Of a stretch of DNA of 64,000 nt, positions 25,846 through 40,269 are shown in pieces. The stretch lies in contig NC_134472.1 in assembly GCF_964194025.1 (NCBI RefSeq), forward strand, positions 4,464,001-4,528,000, read 5' to 3'. The translations under genes and the position numbers were made by a program. The notes under the pieces were generated by a model that did no database searches, was not told the origin of the DNA, and saw only the letters and a list, made by a program, of their open reading frames with translations. Position 1 is the first letter of the stretch, and each line of letters starts with the position of its first letter. The stretch is from Convolutriloba macropyga. Taxonomy: Eukaryota.

Positions 25846-26356
25846 TTTTTTCACTCCTTATCTTTTTCGGCTAAAATTTCATTTCGGTCGTCAAATGAGC
25901 ATGAAGTTTTCAATTTTTAAATCTTATTTACGTTTGATGAATTTTAACGGTTAAGTTTGCGAGCGTGCTTTTGAATATTCAATAGAGAATCAATGTTTTA
26001 TTTGCCTTAATAACGTAGACTGTTTACCTTTGTTCTCAGTGCCCTCTCATAATAGAGATATAAACAAACAGAGTTCCTTTTACGGCTTCTCTGAAACATT
26101 CCGAAGTTATTTCAAGGCGTTCGAAGACAGGAATAGTTATTCGAGCTACAAAAATGTATTTTCAAAGGTTGAAATAATATCTTTTGGAAATAATATCAGG
26201 GTTTGTCTCTATTTTTCATATTTTCAAGAAGGCAAAATATAGGCGAGACCAATTTTTAACTCGTTGAAATTTAAGTTTTCTCAGTAATTGCAGCAGAATA
26301 AGTAGAGTGAAATAGCTCTCTTCATGTGCACATCATCAGCGCTTCATCAGCACATC

Positions 26357-26405
26357 ATAGCCGCATAGGGATAGCTGGGGCTATTATTGACCTTCTGGTT
26401 TTTTA
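26357..26405 (+). repeat. Helentron/HINE-like terminal hairpin motif (atagcc...gatagctggggctattattg)
   Basis: Near-identical copy at 30981-31042, decayed copy at about 54743-54800, reverse-oriented relative at 52745-52776. Short atagcc/ggctat inverted repeat followed by a T-run. Confidence 0.5.
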
Positions 26406-28199
26406 CTCCAAGAAAAGTATTGACGGGGTGTCTTTTTCAATGGATATTTTTTTGGTGTGCATATAAAAGTTAATGTAAAAGTCAATGCTGATCGTGAAAA
26501 CTAAGTGTCGTGGTCAATCGGCTGAATGAATTCAACAGCAAAGAGAAGCGGAGCGGTTATTTGAGCATGCCGCATTTTTGAGAGCGGGAATAGTAGGTGT
26601 AATTTTTTTAAGAAGTGAGCAAAATTTTTCAGCACGTGCTGTTCAACTCAACCCTATTATTTTTTCCGCTATTTTCCACTTATACTTTTGGGACCAATTT
26701 TAACCTTATTAAAGTTTTTAGACCTCTAATAAGACCTCTATTAAAGTTCTTTTAACCATATTAAAGTTCTTAGACCATTAAAGTTTTAAGCTACTTATTT
26801 TCATTTTGCCATTTTTACGCTTTTTAGTGGTTTTCACATTTTCGGAAATGTTTTTATTATTGTAGATAACGATAGCCTTTTATTGGTTTTTGAAGCAATA
26901 ATTGTGAACGTGTGTGTCTTTTTTATGAAAAGTTTTTGCTTGACCGTCTTGTTCTAGAAAGATCACTTTGAATTCACGTCTCTTAAGAGTGACTTTTTCA
27001 CGCTTTACTTCTTGATTTGTTCGTGACTTTAATTGCACTTATTCAGAAGTTAAGTCTATTGCTAGAACAAAGTGATTGTAACATTAGCAATCACAAGGCC
27101 CTGTTAGCCGAATGTTTAAGGTTAATGCTTCTGTCTAGAACGGTCAAGAGCGCGGATCCGTTTGACAGAGGACGGGAAATTCCTTAAAAGGCCCCAGTGA
27201 AGAATTTGGTCGCAATAATGTCTGCTGTAAGGAGGACAATCTACTAAAGTCAACTGAATTGCTCGCTAACATTGGGTGTTCAATTTTAATAGCTTTATAG
27301 AAATGAGTTATGATGGTAGTTCTCCACCTTTTTCGATAACTCAAGTGGTTCAAAATGATGAATATATGTTTTTTTATGCCTTAAATGTTTTTTTGTTAAA
27401 ACCGTTTAATATGCTTACTTGTCTGTCGGCGTAAGTTAGGTTTGTCGCTGGTTTGCTTGCAAAACCGTTTTGACTTTTAAATTATGAAGCTAGAGGGCAA
27501 GCTATGGGAAAACTTCAAATGCAAATTCTAAAGAGATATTTGGAGAAGAGCACAAATTTGGATTCCAAAATTGTGAGGAATTTTGTAGGTTATGAATTCA
27601 AGAGCATAAGTTCTTTGCCGAGACCTGCATATTTGAAAAACGCACTTTCTTTCCTTGGAAGCCAGTCAGACGAATGAAACCAAATTTTAAGTGAGTTAAG
27701 AGGAACTTAACCAATGTTCAAATTTTTGGGATCACTTGAAATTATAAGCTACTGCTGAAAGAAATATCAGGCTGCAGTTGATGCGACGTTTTGTACGCTT
27801 TTCCAAAACTAAACAATTCTACGGAAAAAGTTATAGAGCAATATTTTTTTATTTTCTGTTCTGTCAATTGAATGTTCGTTAGCTGTGTACAAACACAAAT
27901 TTTTATATAATTTGAAAGAATTGCATTGAAAGATTATATAAATTGGAACAAAACTGATAAGAAACTGAGAAACAGGAAAATATTGCAGAGACATATATCA
28001 ACAAGGAACATATATCATCAATAGGAACCAACAAGGAGGCTCAGTAATGTTCATTTGCACATAATTTTCCGAGCCTGCTTATCCACATTTCTGAATTAAT
28101 TGACTACCAATTGAACTTACGCAAAAATTTAAAAAGTTCACATAATGTTAGAGAACAATAAGTGTTTGAGTGAAATGAAGCGTTACATACTCAAACTGC

Positions 28200-29600
28200 T
28201 CAATAAGTTAATTAATGCTATGTCGAGTTAGAGCGCAGATGAGACCCTTCAATAATAAGACTACGAGACAATATAAACAACAAAACAAACCAAGATTATT
28301 TGCTAAGTAGCGAGTCGACGAATTAAATAAAGGGGCAAAGTTCAAAAACCAATTGAAAAGAGATAACAATCATTATTTCAATTAAAAGCTAGATAGTTTT
28401 ATATTTAACTCTTTGCCAAGTCATTGGTGCCTGTTGTTAGTGAGAGTAGGTCATAAGACTACACAATCACGACAAATACATGCAAAACAAAAGTTTACAA
28501 AAAACATTTTAACAAAACAAAAAAGCATTGAAGCCATAAAAAATCATGAGCTATTAAGCGAAAGGAGTATACACGTTCTCTTGGGTTGTATTTGAACATT
28601 AGTGGGATTTTTTTTATGAAAATGACTATGTGAAAAGACCACCTAAAGACCACAATTCTTGACTCAGTATCAAATAATCACTAGATTTTCATGGAAACTA
28701 GTGTCGAACTCGTAAAACATCACTTAAAACCTTCAACCAATAGAGATGTTCATGTTCGCTTTGCATAAAAATTGATCGGACATGTCTTTGACAACACTTA
28801 ATTAGCAAGAAAAAGTTGACGAAAAGCAGAACAGAAAGGTTGAAGTTCAGAAATACATTTTGAGCACAAAAAATGATTAGAAATAAAGTTTGAAAAAGCC
28901 TTTGCTATCAAGTAAGAGCCTTAAATAGGTTTATTTGGAGTTCAATTAAACCTTTACTTAATCAAAGTAATTTTAAGACTACAAAAAAGAGAACAAAAAC
29001 GGCATAAACAAAAGGTTTAATAAAGATGAAAAACGTGAACATCAGCTAGTCACTGAAATATTTTGTTCAAGTGGGCTTCTTATCAACGCAAAAAGCTGTT
29101 ACTGTTATGAAAGGAATGCAAAAAAGACCACCAATTTGAAGCAGTGTCCTGAAAACAATTTTCTGACAGTCGAAATCATAAAAGAGCCGAACATATTAAT
29201 TTTTGTTTCACTAGTAACTAGATGGGACCTGTCGTCAGTGAGGCCTAACTAGAAATTGAGAAATAAGATTTAAAATGAGCTCAAGTATGCCCTTATATTC
29301 TCAGAAAAACTATTTTCAAAGGCGTAACAGCAATCAGGCATGAACTCAAAGCGTTAGACAGCTTCGCTTGTTCTTTTTGAAAGCCAAATGCATTTTTAAT
29401 GAGACTTCTGTTAACTAAAAATAGATTAACAAATGTACACAAAAATAAATAGTTCTTTAAAATTTTATCAAAACTATCAAAGCCGTAAAAACCATGAGCT
29501 ATTCTCTGAAATTAAATTATGTCCACAGGGCCTCATTTGAATTCAAATGGCATCTCTCAGTAATGAAATTTTGTTATGAAAATTGACTTCTTGTAATTGA
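28200..29600. repeat. Diverged copy of the ~525-bp satellite family found in the RTCA intron
   Basis: Shared motifs taggtcataagactac..caaatacatgcaaaa..gaagccat..aaaccat and atgggacctgtc..agtgag, also present at 51173-52750. Confidence 0.55.
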
Positions 29601-30182
29601 CATCAAAGAAACAATATCCTGAAATTATTTTTAAATTGATTGCCCCAATACAATTGGAATCCGTTTTCCACGATAAGACGAATGGTAAACTTTCCATCGC
29701 TGGGCTTCAATTGAAAGCACGTAATCGAATCAACAATTAATGTCCTAGCGCGTACATTTAGCTTTCCAGAAATTTGGCCCATTTTAAGTTTTGTAGACTA
29801 GCAATTACCGGAGATTTATTCTTGATCCATTGTTAGTAGGCATTTTATTTTTCTCGTACGTATTAGTGTAAATTGACTAGTGATTTAATCATCAATTTTT
29901 TTTAAAAAAAAAAACGAAGAAGGTTGTTATCGATATTGTTGCTTTGAAATGTGATCTGTAACTGTCATTTGTGCTTAAAACCTTCAGAAAAGTATCTTAG
30001 CTCAGCGATTTGACCTTTTTATCATGATTTGTGTTGAAGTCTTGCACGAATCGTCTTCTGTTCATTTTGAGTTCAATTCTTTTCTAGTCTACAGGTTTTT
30101 GTTTATCGTTGCTACTTTATGATAGTTCAAACTAAACGACTTTTTATCATTGGCTAGAGATGTAATCAGTTAAATGTTTCAG

Positions 30183-30230
30183 AACGTTTTAACCCAGGAA
30201 TGCTGCAGTTGAACAACGCAGCCGGAAACG
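30183..30230 (+). CDS. Candidate 48-nt phase-1/1 micro-exon (RFNPGMLQLNNAAGN), possibly upstream in gene B
   Basis: Consensus splice sites tttcag|AACG...AAACG|gtaagt. Length is a multiple of 3 and only the phase-1 frame is open, matching the phase of the 34807 exon. Confidence 0.35.
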
Positions 30231-31074
30231 GTAAGTTTCTACCAAAGGTGACTTTAACTATATTTGTATTTCGTAATGCAGTAACATTTACAATTATCAC
30301 AATTTCTGGATATTATCAAATTTTCTGGTGTTCATTTTTTTCGATAGTCTTCGGATTGGACATGTACCCTTAGGCTTTCTGGGATTTAGCGAATGCTCCT
30401 GCTTACTCGAAAATGCTTCATTTTGGCTTTTGTAGGTGTTGCTCTTGAGAGAGGAGGTGTCCCTTTTGAACGGGGAGATGAACTTGTGTAGAACAGTGAT
30501 GGAAATGCGAGGAATGAGAGCTACATTCTAGCAATACAATCCTAAGCGCAAACCATCAACAGGATGTTCCCTGGAATTGAACTAACTGGTTGTACTGACT
30601 CATCAAAGTTTTGTGCCTTCAAGGAAAAAATAATGTACAAATGGTTATTGAAACACCTAACTGCTCCGTACGAGCAATGTCACCCCAGATCTATCTCAAT
30701 AATGAATGTAAAATTGATGAAATTCCTTATTTGAATTTGAGCTTCATATAACTGTAACGGTCATTGTTTGATAAATAACATATCAATCTAAAAGGCGTTG
30801 CTCATTTGGTCGACATTACTTTTTATCAGTGCTGAATTGACAGGATTTTGCTCTTACTCATAGTGGCACAACAATTTACAATGTGGCGAATTGAAGGTTT
30901 CCCAAACTGTTAGGCCTCCAAATGGTGCTCAGACGAGAATTTGTGATCATTAGATCTGTTTCCTAATCGATGTGAACAAGTTTTTAATAGCCGCACAGCG
31001 ATAGCTGGGGCTATTATTGGCCTTCTCTTGGTTTTTTTTTTTATTTCGTCGTCATGATTTTTGTTACGACCATA

Positions 31075-31360
31075 TGACGTCACAGCCACTTTTTGTTCAT
31101 TCGTTCATGCAATTTCAACTGAATTGCATGTGTGACGTCATTTTTCGCTCTTAGTGGAGAGCGAGTTTTTTTGTTCATGCGCGTGATTAAATTTTTGGTC
31201 ACACTTGACTTACCTCACTCTCAAAAATGACTTCCTCTCTTTGAAATTGACTTTTATTTACTTTAATTCAAAGAGATAAGGTCAAATGGGTGTGTGTCAC
31301 TCTAAATGAAGGTTATTTGAGATCAGCTAATAGAGGCAGCAATAACTTATACAGATTTTT
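31075..31360 (+). repeat. Dispersed interspersed repeat (second copy at about 39160-39415)
   Basis: Shared gtcacag.cact...gcgtgatta..tttt...ttacctcactctc.aaaatgactt...aaggttatttgag...ctaataga. Confidence 0.75.
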
Positions 31361-31655
31361 AATCAAAATATAACAGATCAGCCTTCAATGAAAAGACTAA
31401 TTTTTTTGGTCTGTCTTTTTTACTGTTTTTTTAGACTACCGATCTACGAATCTATTGCGGCTATTTTCTGGCAATCTGCCAGCTATGTTCATTAACTGGC
31501 GTGAATTATCTAATGCGTATTTTTTCTGCAATTTTATCTAGCCTTGTTAGAATGTGGTGGACCGCTTTCTTTACAATCTATTAACAAATTAGTATGTTTT
31601 AGCACTAATAATAGTCCGCGTAGCCTTATAAGCGATGGGACTAGCCATTACAAGT

Positions 31656-31701
<46 letters not shown>
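31656..31701. repeat. (TA)n microsatellite
   Basis: Read directly from the sequence. Confidence 0.95.
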
Positions 31702-31709
<8 letters not shown>

Positions 31710-34519
31710 GATGGTCATTTTTTACCGGGGTGGATTTAGGAAACAATTCGTTCACAATTTATACACCCAAACTGTTTGGAACTATTCAAATGTTTGTCGA
31801 CCAATTGAAATTGACTGGCCATAACATCAATCTTCCTGTTGCTTTGTAAATAATCTTAGTTATGCGAAGTGTTTTATTTGAGAGTTCTGCTTATAGTAAA
31901 TCAGTGATCAAATATTGCTCAACAGGTTACTAACGGACGTGATAACAATCATGACAATAATGAGCCTATTTATATGGTATTTAACACCAGGAGCTGAATT
32001 TTTACACTTTAGTAACTTTTTAACACAGGTAACTTTAAAACGAGGTAACTTTTCTCTGTTCTGCCTAACAACTTTTCTCTGCGGAAATTTATCAGGTATT
32101 TTTTTCAAAAACAGAACTCTGAAATGTGTGCAATCTATCAAAATCTTAATGCTGATTGTAAATATCTTGCTTATTTGAACTCAACCTAACCTATCCATAT
32201 TTTTCTGTATTAATTTTTGACGTTTTGTAATTGTTTCAGTAAATTGTTCGAAAATTGTTGTTTTCAAAAGACTATTTTCTGCAAAAATTGCGAATGTGTA
32301 GGGTAGTGAAGTGTACAGACTTTATATAATATCAATAAAACTGAATGCAATTAGATTGGTTGTCAAAGTTTTTCGGAAACTCTTATTTGGAAAGGAAAAT
32401 TGAGATTCCTGTGTTTGTTAAATTGATTCGTCACCCGCTAAAAATAAGTTGATGAGTTTAGTAACGTATCAATATGCGCCTGCGATATAATTTTCGCAGA
32501 TTTGCTCTGGTAGGAATTTTCTTTCCTCTATTTTTTCCCGTCCCGAAAGTTCTGGCGACATTTGGAGACATCAAAAACCGAATGTTTTGCTGCTATTTTT
32601 CAATGCCGTAAAATTATTGAACACGGCAATGATTTTTAAATGATCAAAATATTGTCAAATTGTTTTCTGCGGTCTTCTGAATTTGAACCTTAACAACTTA
32701 TTTATAGATAATGTTTTTTTAATTGAATATTACAAATGATTCATTTGTATTATGTAGCTACACGGGAAACTCACCCAAAAGAGATGTTAAAAATTGGTGA
32801 CAACAGATACTATATGCCTCTTTTAAATTGCTCTCGAACAATTTGAAGCTATTTTTTTAAACGTTTGTATTTTGCTACAAATTTTTACTTGAGCGTTCGC
32901 TATAATGGTTATGGCTCGCTTTGTTCTTTGACATTTGGTCGAAAGAATTGAAATAAACTGGTAAAGCCCGAGCGCAATAAGTCTTTGAGCAGCTCTCTTC
33001 AGGGCTTTTCTAAACCTGATGTATGGTTCAGTGAAACATCCGAGCACTTTTAGGAGGATACGCATAGCTTATAGGGCGATCTTCCCCTAGGCCCCCGATT
33101 TTACCCCACTCGTCCGCTTTTATATTGAATAAGGGTACCCCCGTGTGCATAAGCTAACTACAATCAAAGTGAAAAACTGGGTTATCGTTCGAGAGGATTT
33201 CGGCCGACTTTTGTCGCTTATGTTTTCTTTTATGAAGCCCTGTTATTCCTTCGAAATTGTTTTTGTTGAATTGTGGCAAAAAATCGAAACAATCAGTGAA
33301 TTCGCAAATACAAATTGAAATCAGGAAATTTGAGTGCCCAAAGTAGAGAACAAAAGTTTGTAACTCCACAGTTCTCAGCTTTCGGTCAAGAGCCCTTTTT
33401 TAAGTCAATTCCTTCAGTAAACATAAATTTGGGTAAATGCTTTGGCTAATTGCTTTGAATTCTAACTACTCTGAACAATTTTATGCAAGTTAACACAAAA
33501 GTTTTTTTTCCTTGAAGGTGTTAGTTAAGTGCGATATCTTAAAACTCACTTTAGGGTTAAAGAACTACCAGCTAACAATACTCTACCTGAAATTAACTAA
33601 AGCTTCAAAACAAATGAAGGTTCTTATATCTTGATTAACAATTGGAGACACAGTATTTGCTTAAAAAGGTTGTGCTCAGATGAATACATTAAATGTTGGT
33701 TGATAAATGCAGGGGTATTAAGTATTTTGAAAGTGCATCCATTCTTACTATCCGACATGAAAGCAAGGTTTAAATTTCTAAGCTACATCCCCTCTAAATT
33801 AGATTGCCCTCGCCTGCTGTTAGCCCTCCTATAGTTTGAGAGCGATTCATTCGACTCTAGTCGGTTTATTTTCATTTTTCTCTCAATTGAGTTGAATAGT
33901 TCAGTTTTTTTTAGCTCTCAATCGGATTCTCGGTTTACTCAACTTAAAAAAATGGGTTAAAAGAATCTTTGTGTCTGATTGAAACAAATTCTGGGAAGCT
34001 CGTAGAAAATCTCGATATTTTTTACGCATAATTTTTTAGAAGGGAAATTTTTGTTTTGCGTAAATTTAGTTGCTTTTTGGTATCTCTAAAAATAATTGAA
34101 CGCTCATGAAATTAATTGAACGTTACCTAAAAAGAATCATTTAAATTTTTTCGATGTATTTTTGTTTAAACGAAATGAAAAACTGAATTATGGATTTGAA
34201 TCAAATTCTCTGGGTGTCATTATACATTTTAAACAATTTTCTTTTCAATGCATGCTGAGAAGGTGCCATTTTTTAAGAAATCCTGTTAGAACTCCGTAGC
34301 ATCCAAAAACTTAATTTTTATTGTTCAGAATAGCTCAAACTCATTTTTTTGTGTTTAGAATGGCAATAGGTTTTAAAACATTAGTACGTGATTGTTTTTC
34401 TAAATTAAAATCTTGAAGTAGAACCAATTTCGAGTATTCTTAATTTTTTGTCATCTTCATTAAATTTTCGTCTTGATTCGTCCGCCTCTTCAAAGCTGGT
34501 TATGACCCCTTTGTTTAAA

Positions 34520-34688
34520 AGTGATATTTGTGCCCCCCTTCCAAAGCTTAGTGGGTGCATATAACCCCCCCCCCAAAACTCACGTGCCATATTTTTACAT
34601 AATGATTTACTATGTAATGGCACATGCTCTGTTACTGGGGGGAGCATAACGTACGGGGGGGGGGGGGGGGCACAAATGAGAGATCCTC
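34520..34688. mobile_element. G/C-run MITE family (other copies at about 24280-24375, 42341-42495, 43308-43430)
   Basis: Termini tttgtgccccc / ggggcacaaa(tgagagatcc). Shared core gcttagtgggtgcatata...cacgtgccatat...atgatttactat..aatggcacatg occurs in both orientations. Confidence 0.7.
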
Positions 34689-34806
34689 AGATTATTATGA
34701 TGTGCACATGGGCTCATGCAAGACATTTCTGATAAAGTTGTCGTTCTCTAAGGATAAATGTATTCAATTCAAACTCTGACTTATGATTTTAATAAAATTA
34801 TTTTAG

Positions 34807-35712
34807 TCGAGTATAATACCCCAAGTGAGGATTTCTACCATCAGTTTCTGAACGAATCGTATAGTCATGAAGACTGTCAAGTACAGATCAACGCTTCATT
34901 CGATGAAGTTGTCATCAATTCTGAGACAGGTGCAAAATACATTCTTTTTATTTTGATCCCAGAGCTTAACGCCATTCACTCTGTCAACGCAGTTCTATTC
35001 AAGCTGAAATATTTCTCGAAAAGGATTCAAAGATACGTAGAAGCATTCCACTCGACAAGAACAGATTTCAGCGGACTTCACAAGCCCTACCTGGAGAATA
35101 TGAAGATCCTTCTGCCTATAGAAGACGCTGACGACGCCAAACAAATTGAAGTATGGTCACACAGTCACAAGCCCTGTAAGGGGGCACACAATGGCTCCTT
35201 TCTAATTCCAGCAGTTTCTTTGCAAAGTCCAACAGAGGTACAATTGAGATCCAAATCCAAATCAGATTCGAGGACTCAATGCAGTTATTTGAATATTTCC
35301 AGAATCGGAAACAGAACACGCTTAACAAGTCCAAGTACAAATGAATATGAGAGAGATCGCTATATGGATGTCAAATCTGCATCCATGTCTAACGGTGCTT
35401 CGATAACCGAGCAAAACGACGGATCGGAAAATCAAGAAATGCAAAATTTTTTTTTGCCAGTTGTGCTGAGTTTAATTCTCTTTGTCATTTGCGCATTTCT
35501 GATTGATCTAGCCTGCAGGAAATTTATGCGTAATAATCGACTAGAACTGGTCACCTGGAAAATATTTTCGTGTTGCTTGCGAAGGCCTGATGACAATAAT
35601 GAACAGAGAAATGTACCTACAGATAACGGTATAGAACTGCGGGAAGTTGAAAATATGGAGCAGTCTACGGACTTAACACCGTGGGCAATCAGAGAGGACG
35701 TCTATGCTCCTA
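34807..35712 (+). CDS. Internal coding exon of unknown single-pass membrane protein B (paralog of A)
   Basis: 345-codon ORF. Acceptor ttattttag|TC and donor CCTA|gtaagc, both phase 1 as in gene A. TM segment FFLPVVLSLILFVICAFLIDLAC then RK. Shares HxDCQxQINAxF, FxGxHK, MxIxLPxEDxD and IxVxSHSxxxCxG with A. Confidence 0.85.
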
Positions 35713-36119
35713 GTAAGCTGAATTTAAGGTTTACTTTAAGAAAGGGTATTGTTACTGGGTTCAAGTTAGGGTTAAAGAAGAGAACTCTTATTTAGAAGCT
35801 TATACTTGCTTAATCGTAGTGAAAAATTTATTGATTAAAAAAATTTCACTAAAAGTATCTTGATAAAGTTATTGAAGAACACAAAAGAATAGAAAGGCAA
35901 CACATTAATAGCGCTGCACATTATTGGCGGACCTAAGAGGGATATTTAGGCTTTTAAGTGAACTGAATCAGATTTTTGAGACCTGTAAATTAGCCGAGAT
36001 GAGATTTAATAATATCTGGACAGATTTAGTATTGGTCTTCTGTTGGTTTTTGACACTCTAAGAGGAGTTTGATGAAGTGTCTTGTTTGACGACTCGAAGC
36101 TGCCTTATGGCTTTCTATT

Positions 36120-37960
36120 TTTTTAATTAGTCTGTGAATAAAGAAACAAAAGTTCAGGGATTGAATTAAGTTTAAGTTTGTGGAAAGTGGTTTCAGTGAA
36201 CAAATTCGAGAGATGAAAGGTAATGGTTAATTTGTTCATACCCTCTTTAGAAAGAGCGAGAAATGTAGGTGTGAAAAATTTCCGTAAAGTGAGCAATTTC
36301 CGTAAAATGATCCAAACAAGTCTCAGTATTTTGGCTGGTGCGGGTTGGTTCAAGAAAACTTAATTCAAAACCATTTGATCTTAATGTTGATAGATCTGAC
36401 GATGTCAATCGATTAGTATCTAGTGCGTTTCTGTTGAAGTCTTCACTGACAACTATTCTGTCATAACGATCGCTAAGGCTTTCTAATGTATTATCTAGTT
36501 CAAAGATAAAATTTTGCTAGTTTACTCTTGGAGGATTATACACTACTAACAAAGCGATCTTCAAAGCTCCAACTTTTAGATGAGCTAAAAGACTCATCCA
36601 AACCACAATTCAGCTCTTCAGTCAAGCTTACTTCGTCTCTTATTTGAATCATAATACAACCACCCCTGGTAACCCTTGATTTTGACAAGCAAGTATTATA
36701 GTTAGTTTCTTTGAATAAGTTTGGATCATCTTCAATTGTTAGCCAGGATTCTGATAAAAAGATTATGGTAGGCGGAGACTCAAAACGAGAGATCAGTGTC
36801 TCTAATTCTTCATAATGTTTTTTAATGGATCTAGTGTTTAAATGTAAAATTTTACAGGAATTTGATGCAGAAACGTTTTTGGTAGGTTTGATTAGACCAT
36901 TGGCTGAATTTTTAGGTGACATAGTCTTCGCTTTCCTCTGCATCCCGAAACGGCTGCTCCTCAATACTATCCAGAAAAGTCTCTTTCGCATTAGGTGAAT
37001 CACTTAAGATACCCATAACAAAGTCCAGCAACTCATCTTCATTTGCTCTCCTACTTTTAAGCTCCGCCAGAAGATTTTTTTCAAGGGATTCGCGCACACA
37101 TTTGAGAGAAGGGACCTTAGTTGATAATGGGGTTACAGGCGTGAAATATGGTGGTGTCAATAACTTTGGAACAGGCGTGATGAAATTGTTTGCATTTATT
37201 TGCATTGAATTAGTATCCGTGCGGCTTGCTTGTCTTTGATTTAAGTTGGCATTCATTGAAAATCTGTTCAATGCTTGATCCATTTCCTTGGCAATCGTCT
37301 GTAACTCAGCAATATCTTTTGTCGAGTTAAGTTCAAGATAAAGAGTCGTCCCTTCGGACTGGATTTGAACAATTGGTGCCCAGTTCTTAGTGGTCACTTT
37401 CAATTGCTTGGCTTCAGCGTCCTCTTTCAATGCCAGATCGTATTTGCTCAACCTTTCATGTGTATACACTGGTTTTTCATTATTTGGATTTTGAAAAGCT
37501 CAAAATTCAAGAATTTTGCTATTATTGGATGTGGATTGAACGGCGATCATCTACCCAGTGGATGGCAAGCTTTAATGTCACTCTGTTCAATGTTGACATT
37601 CAGAACGTTCTGGATTAGGCAAATAAGATCTGATAGATAAGTACCATTTGGCAGATAAGTACTAAATGGCAGATTTTGAAATATTAAACAATCTTTGGAT
37701 TGATATCTCTCAAGTTGACTCACTTTAATTTTTATTTGCGTCACCTCTGATTCTAATTGCGCAATTCGTGCATTTTTCCGGCGTTTTCTGTAATGAGAAT
37801 TTTCAAAATTTCTTTTGATGTTTCGTCGAGACCCTCACTCTCATGCAATTTTTCCATCAGATCTCAATGCCTCGCTGGCTCATCTCTAAAACTATTTATG
37901 ACAACAATTAGGCTTAATAATGGCTTTGCACGTTCTGGTTTGCACTAGGATTCATATTTA
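36120..37960 (-). mobile_element. Decayed 5' half of a CR1/L2-group LINE (ORF1 RRM-type plus APE start) in the intron of gene B
   Basis: LERYQSKDCLIFQNLP...DIKACHPLG (ORF1, cf. LEQYSRRNN...IDRAHRLG) and CKILHLNTRSIKKHYEELETL...IIFLSESWL...RGGCIMIQI (APE); frameshifted. Confidence 0.8.
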
Positions 37961-40269
37961 GGCTTTCTATCGGGTTTTTGTGCTCTTCTCTATGTTGTCT
38001 AAAGGATTACTGTGAACGAAAGCCATAATGAAATTTTTTGAGCTAAAAACGTAATTTTTTGAGCTATTTGTGATTTTATGCCTTATTTTTATAGCAGTTA
38101 TTTGTAACTTAGTTGGACCCTATTGATTGTAAACATTTTCGATAAACATTTTCATAAATTTGTTGCGTTAGAAAGCAGCTTTTAAGGAAAAAATTAGTGA
38201 AAAAGCAGTTTTTGCGACAAAAATTTAAAAATTTTCTTGAGTTTTGATTTTTAAAAAAAGAGAAGAAACTCTACGAAGTAATACCAGTGACCTTGCTGTT
38301 ATTTTTGCATAAGGGTGGATATTTAGGCTTTTAATTGAACTTAATCAGATGGTTCGCGACATTTAAATTAGTTGAGATGGCTTTTGTTTCTACCTGACAA
38401 TAGCATTTTCTTCGTCTTTACGACTGGAAGTGTAGTAGGTGGAGCGCCTTTTTGTATGACTTGAAGACAAGTGAGCGATCAATCAAACTGGAGATTTGGA
38501 GTGCATATGTTTTGAGAAGTGAGCAAGCGAAGAAATTGAGGTTCGTTAAGTTTATGGCTTGCCTAATGTGAGAACATTTTCATGCTTGCGATTGCATGAA
38601 ACAAATTTTCATGTATTTGATTGGCAAGTGTTTTTGTAACAAATTAAGTACTTTTGTTTTCTTTTTGCATTTTTTATTGTTGGTTTCTGTGGAGTGATGG
38701 TGATAAGCGATTGAGCTCAGAGGTCATCAGAATTTTTTATTGTAATTTTGGGATGGTAGCCCGGTGACAAGTTTTTTTTTTAAATTTCATCAGGTTTTCA
38801 GTTTTTCTCATTTTTGTCTGTGTATGTATGATTTTTTCCATTAAGTAGTTTGTTCTGGATTGAACAGAATTGGTATCAAAAGGTTTGTTCAGAATGAATG
38901 ATATACAGTTGAAGGCTTGTCAAAAAACGGGGCTTGTTATAGATTTGTTATAGATTTGGGAAGCCTTCTTAGGATTTGGGATAGCCTTCTTAGGGGCTTG
39001 TTATAGATTTGTTTTTAGTTCGTTTTTACATTTTTCGAATTCGCCTGGTTGATGAAAAGATGGGTTATTTGAAAAGCTAGTTGGTTTTATGCCAAGGTCA
39101 TTTTTCAGTTGTGTGGTTTCCGGAGTCTGCCCGATTTGTTTGTTTTCGTCATTAAGATTATATGATGTCACAGTCACTACAAATCGGCTTAATTCATTGG
39201 TGCAATTCCGAATGAATTGCGTGCGTGGAAGGAGTGTTTTCTTCATTCGCGTGATTACGTTTTTGATCAGACATGATTTACCTCACTCTCGAAAATGACT
39301 TTCCACATTTTCAAAATGACTTGTTTACTTTATTGAGATAAGATCAACTGAGAACATGGCATACTATTCAAAGGTTATTTGAGGGCAACTAATAGAAACA
39401 ACACAACTTATCGTAGAAGATATTTGAAACAGTGTGCAGAAGACACGATATGTGACGTAAAAAATTGTCAAACCTTTAAACAATGATATGCTTTTTGTCA
39501 TCGATTGAACGTTGTCTATTGCATTGTCAGTCACGTGTTTTTAGTTAGGCTTCAATTTTATCCAAGAGCTCCATTTGTTGTTTTTTTTTCATAATTTTAA
39601 AAATTGTTAGATTTATCTTTTGGAATGTGGTAAAGAGAGACGCTATTTTGCCTCCTTTACAAAATCAGCTCTGCAATTGTTTTTCCTTTACCGTTTTGCT
39701 TTTGACCGAAACCTCAATTTTGCAGGCACCAGTGCGTTGTTTTCCTTAACCATTTTGCTTTTGACAGAAACCTCAGTTTTGCTGGTACCAGTGCGATTTC
39801 TAGTTATTCATTTTGTATTCATATTGTAATGCCTGTTTACTGCAAATATGTAAGACCCAACAGTTTTTTTTCATGTCTGCATTCAAATTCATCTTTGATA
39901 TTTTGTTTTGAACTATAGAATGAACTAGAATTCAAATATATCAATGGGATTTTGACCCGATAACGATCTTATATGATGCATATTTTTGTTTGATAGTGGA
40001 GTGCTACCGAACAGAAACTTCCTAGGAAAGTTATCTTCATTTTTTTAGTGCTGCAATTTGAAAAATGTTACACCAAGAATTTGAAATTTATTCAGTTTGC
40101 CTATTCAATTTTCGAATGTTCGTTTTTGCGCCTCTGTTATAGAAAATTCTCCTCTCTCAAGTGACTTTTTCACTTTTGACTTCTTAATTTTTACGTGATG
40201 TAAATTGATATAGTTCCGATATAAAGGCTGTTGCTAACATAAAGGCGATTGTAAGCCAGGAAGTAGCAA

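Noticed and set aside
30400-30960. Gypsy-type integrase relic
   Set aside because: Only a weak IVVP-like hint; not enough to support a call.
24280-34688. The same MITE upstream of both membrane-protein exons as evidence of co-duplication
   Set aside because: The two copies are in opposite orientations and the family occurs elsewhere in the window, so independent insertions are more likely.
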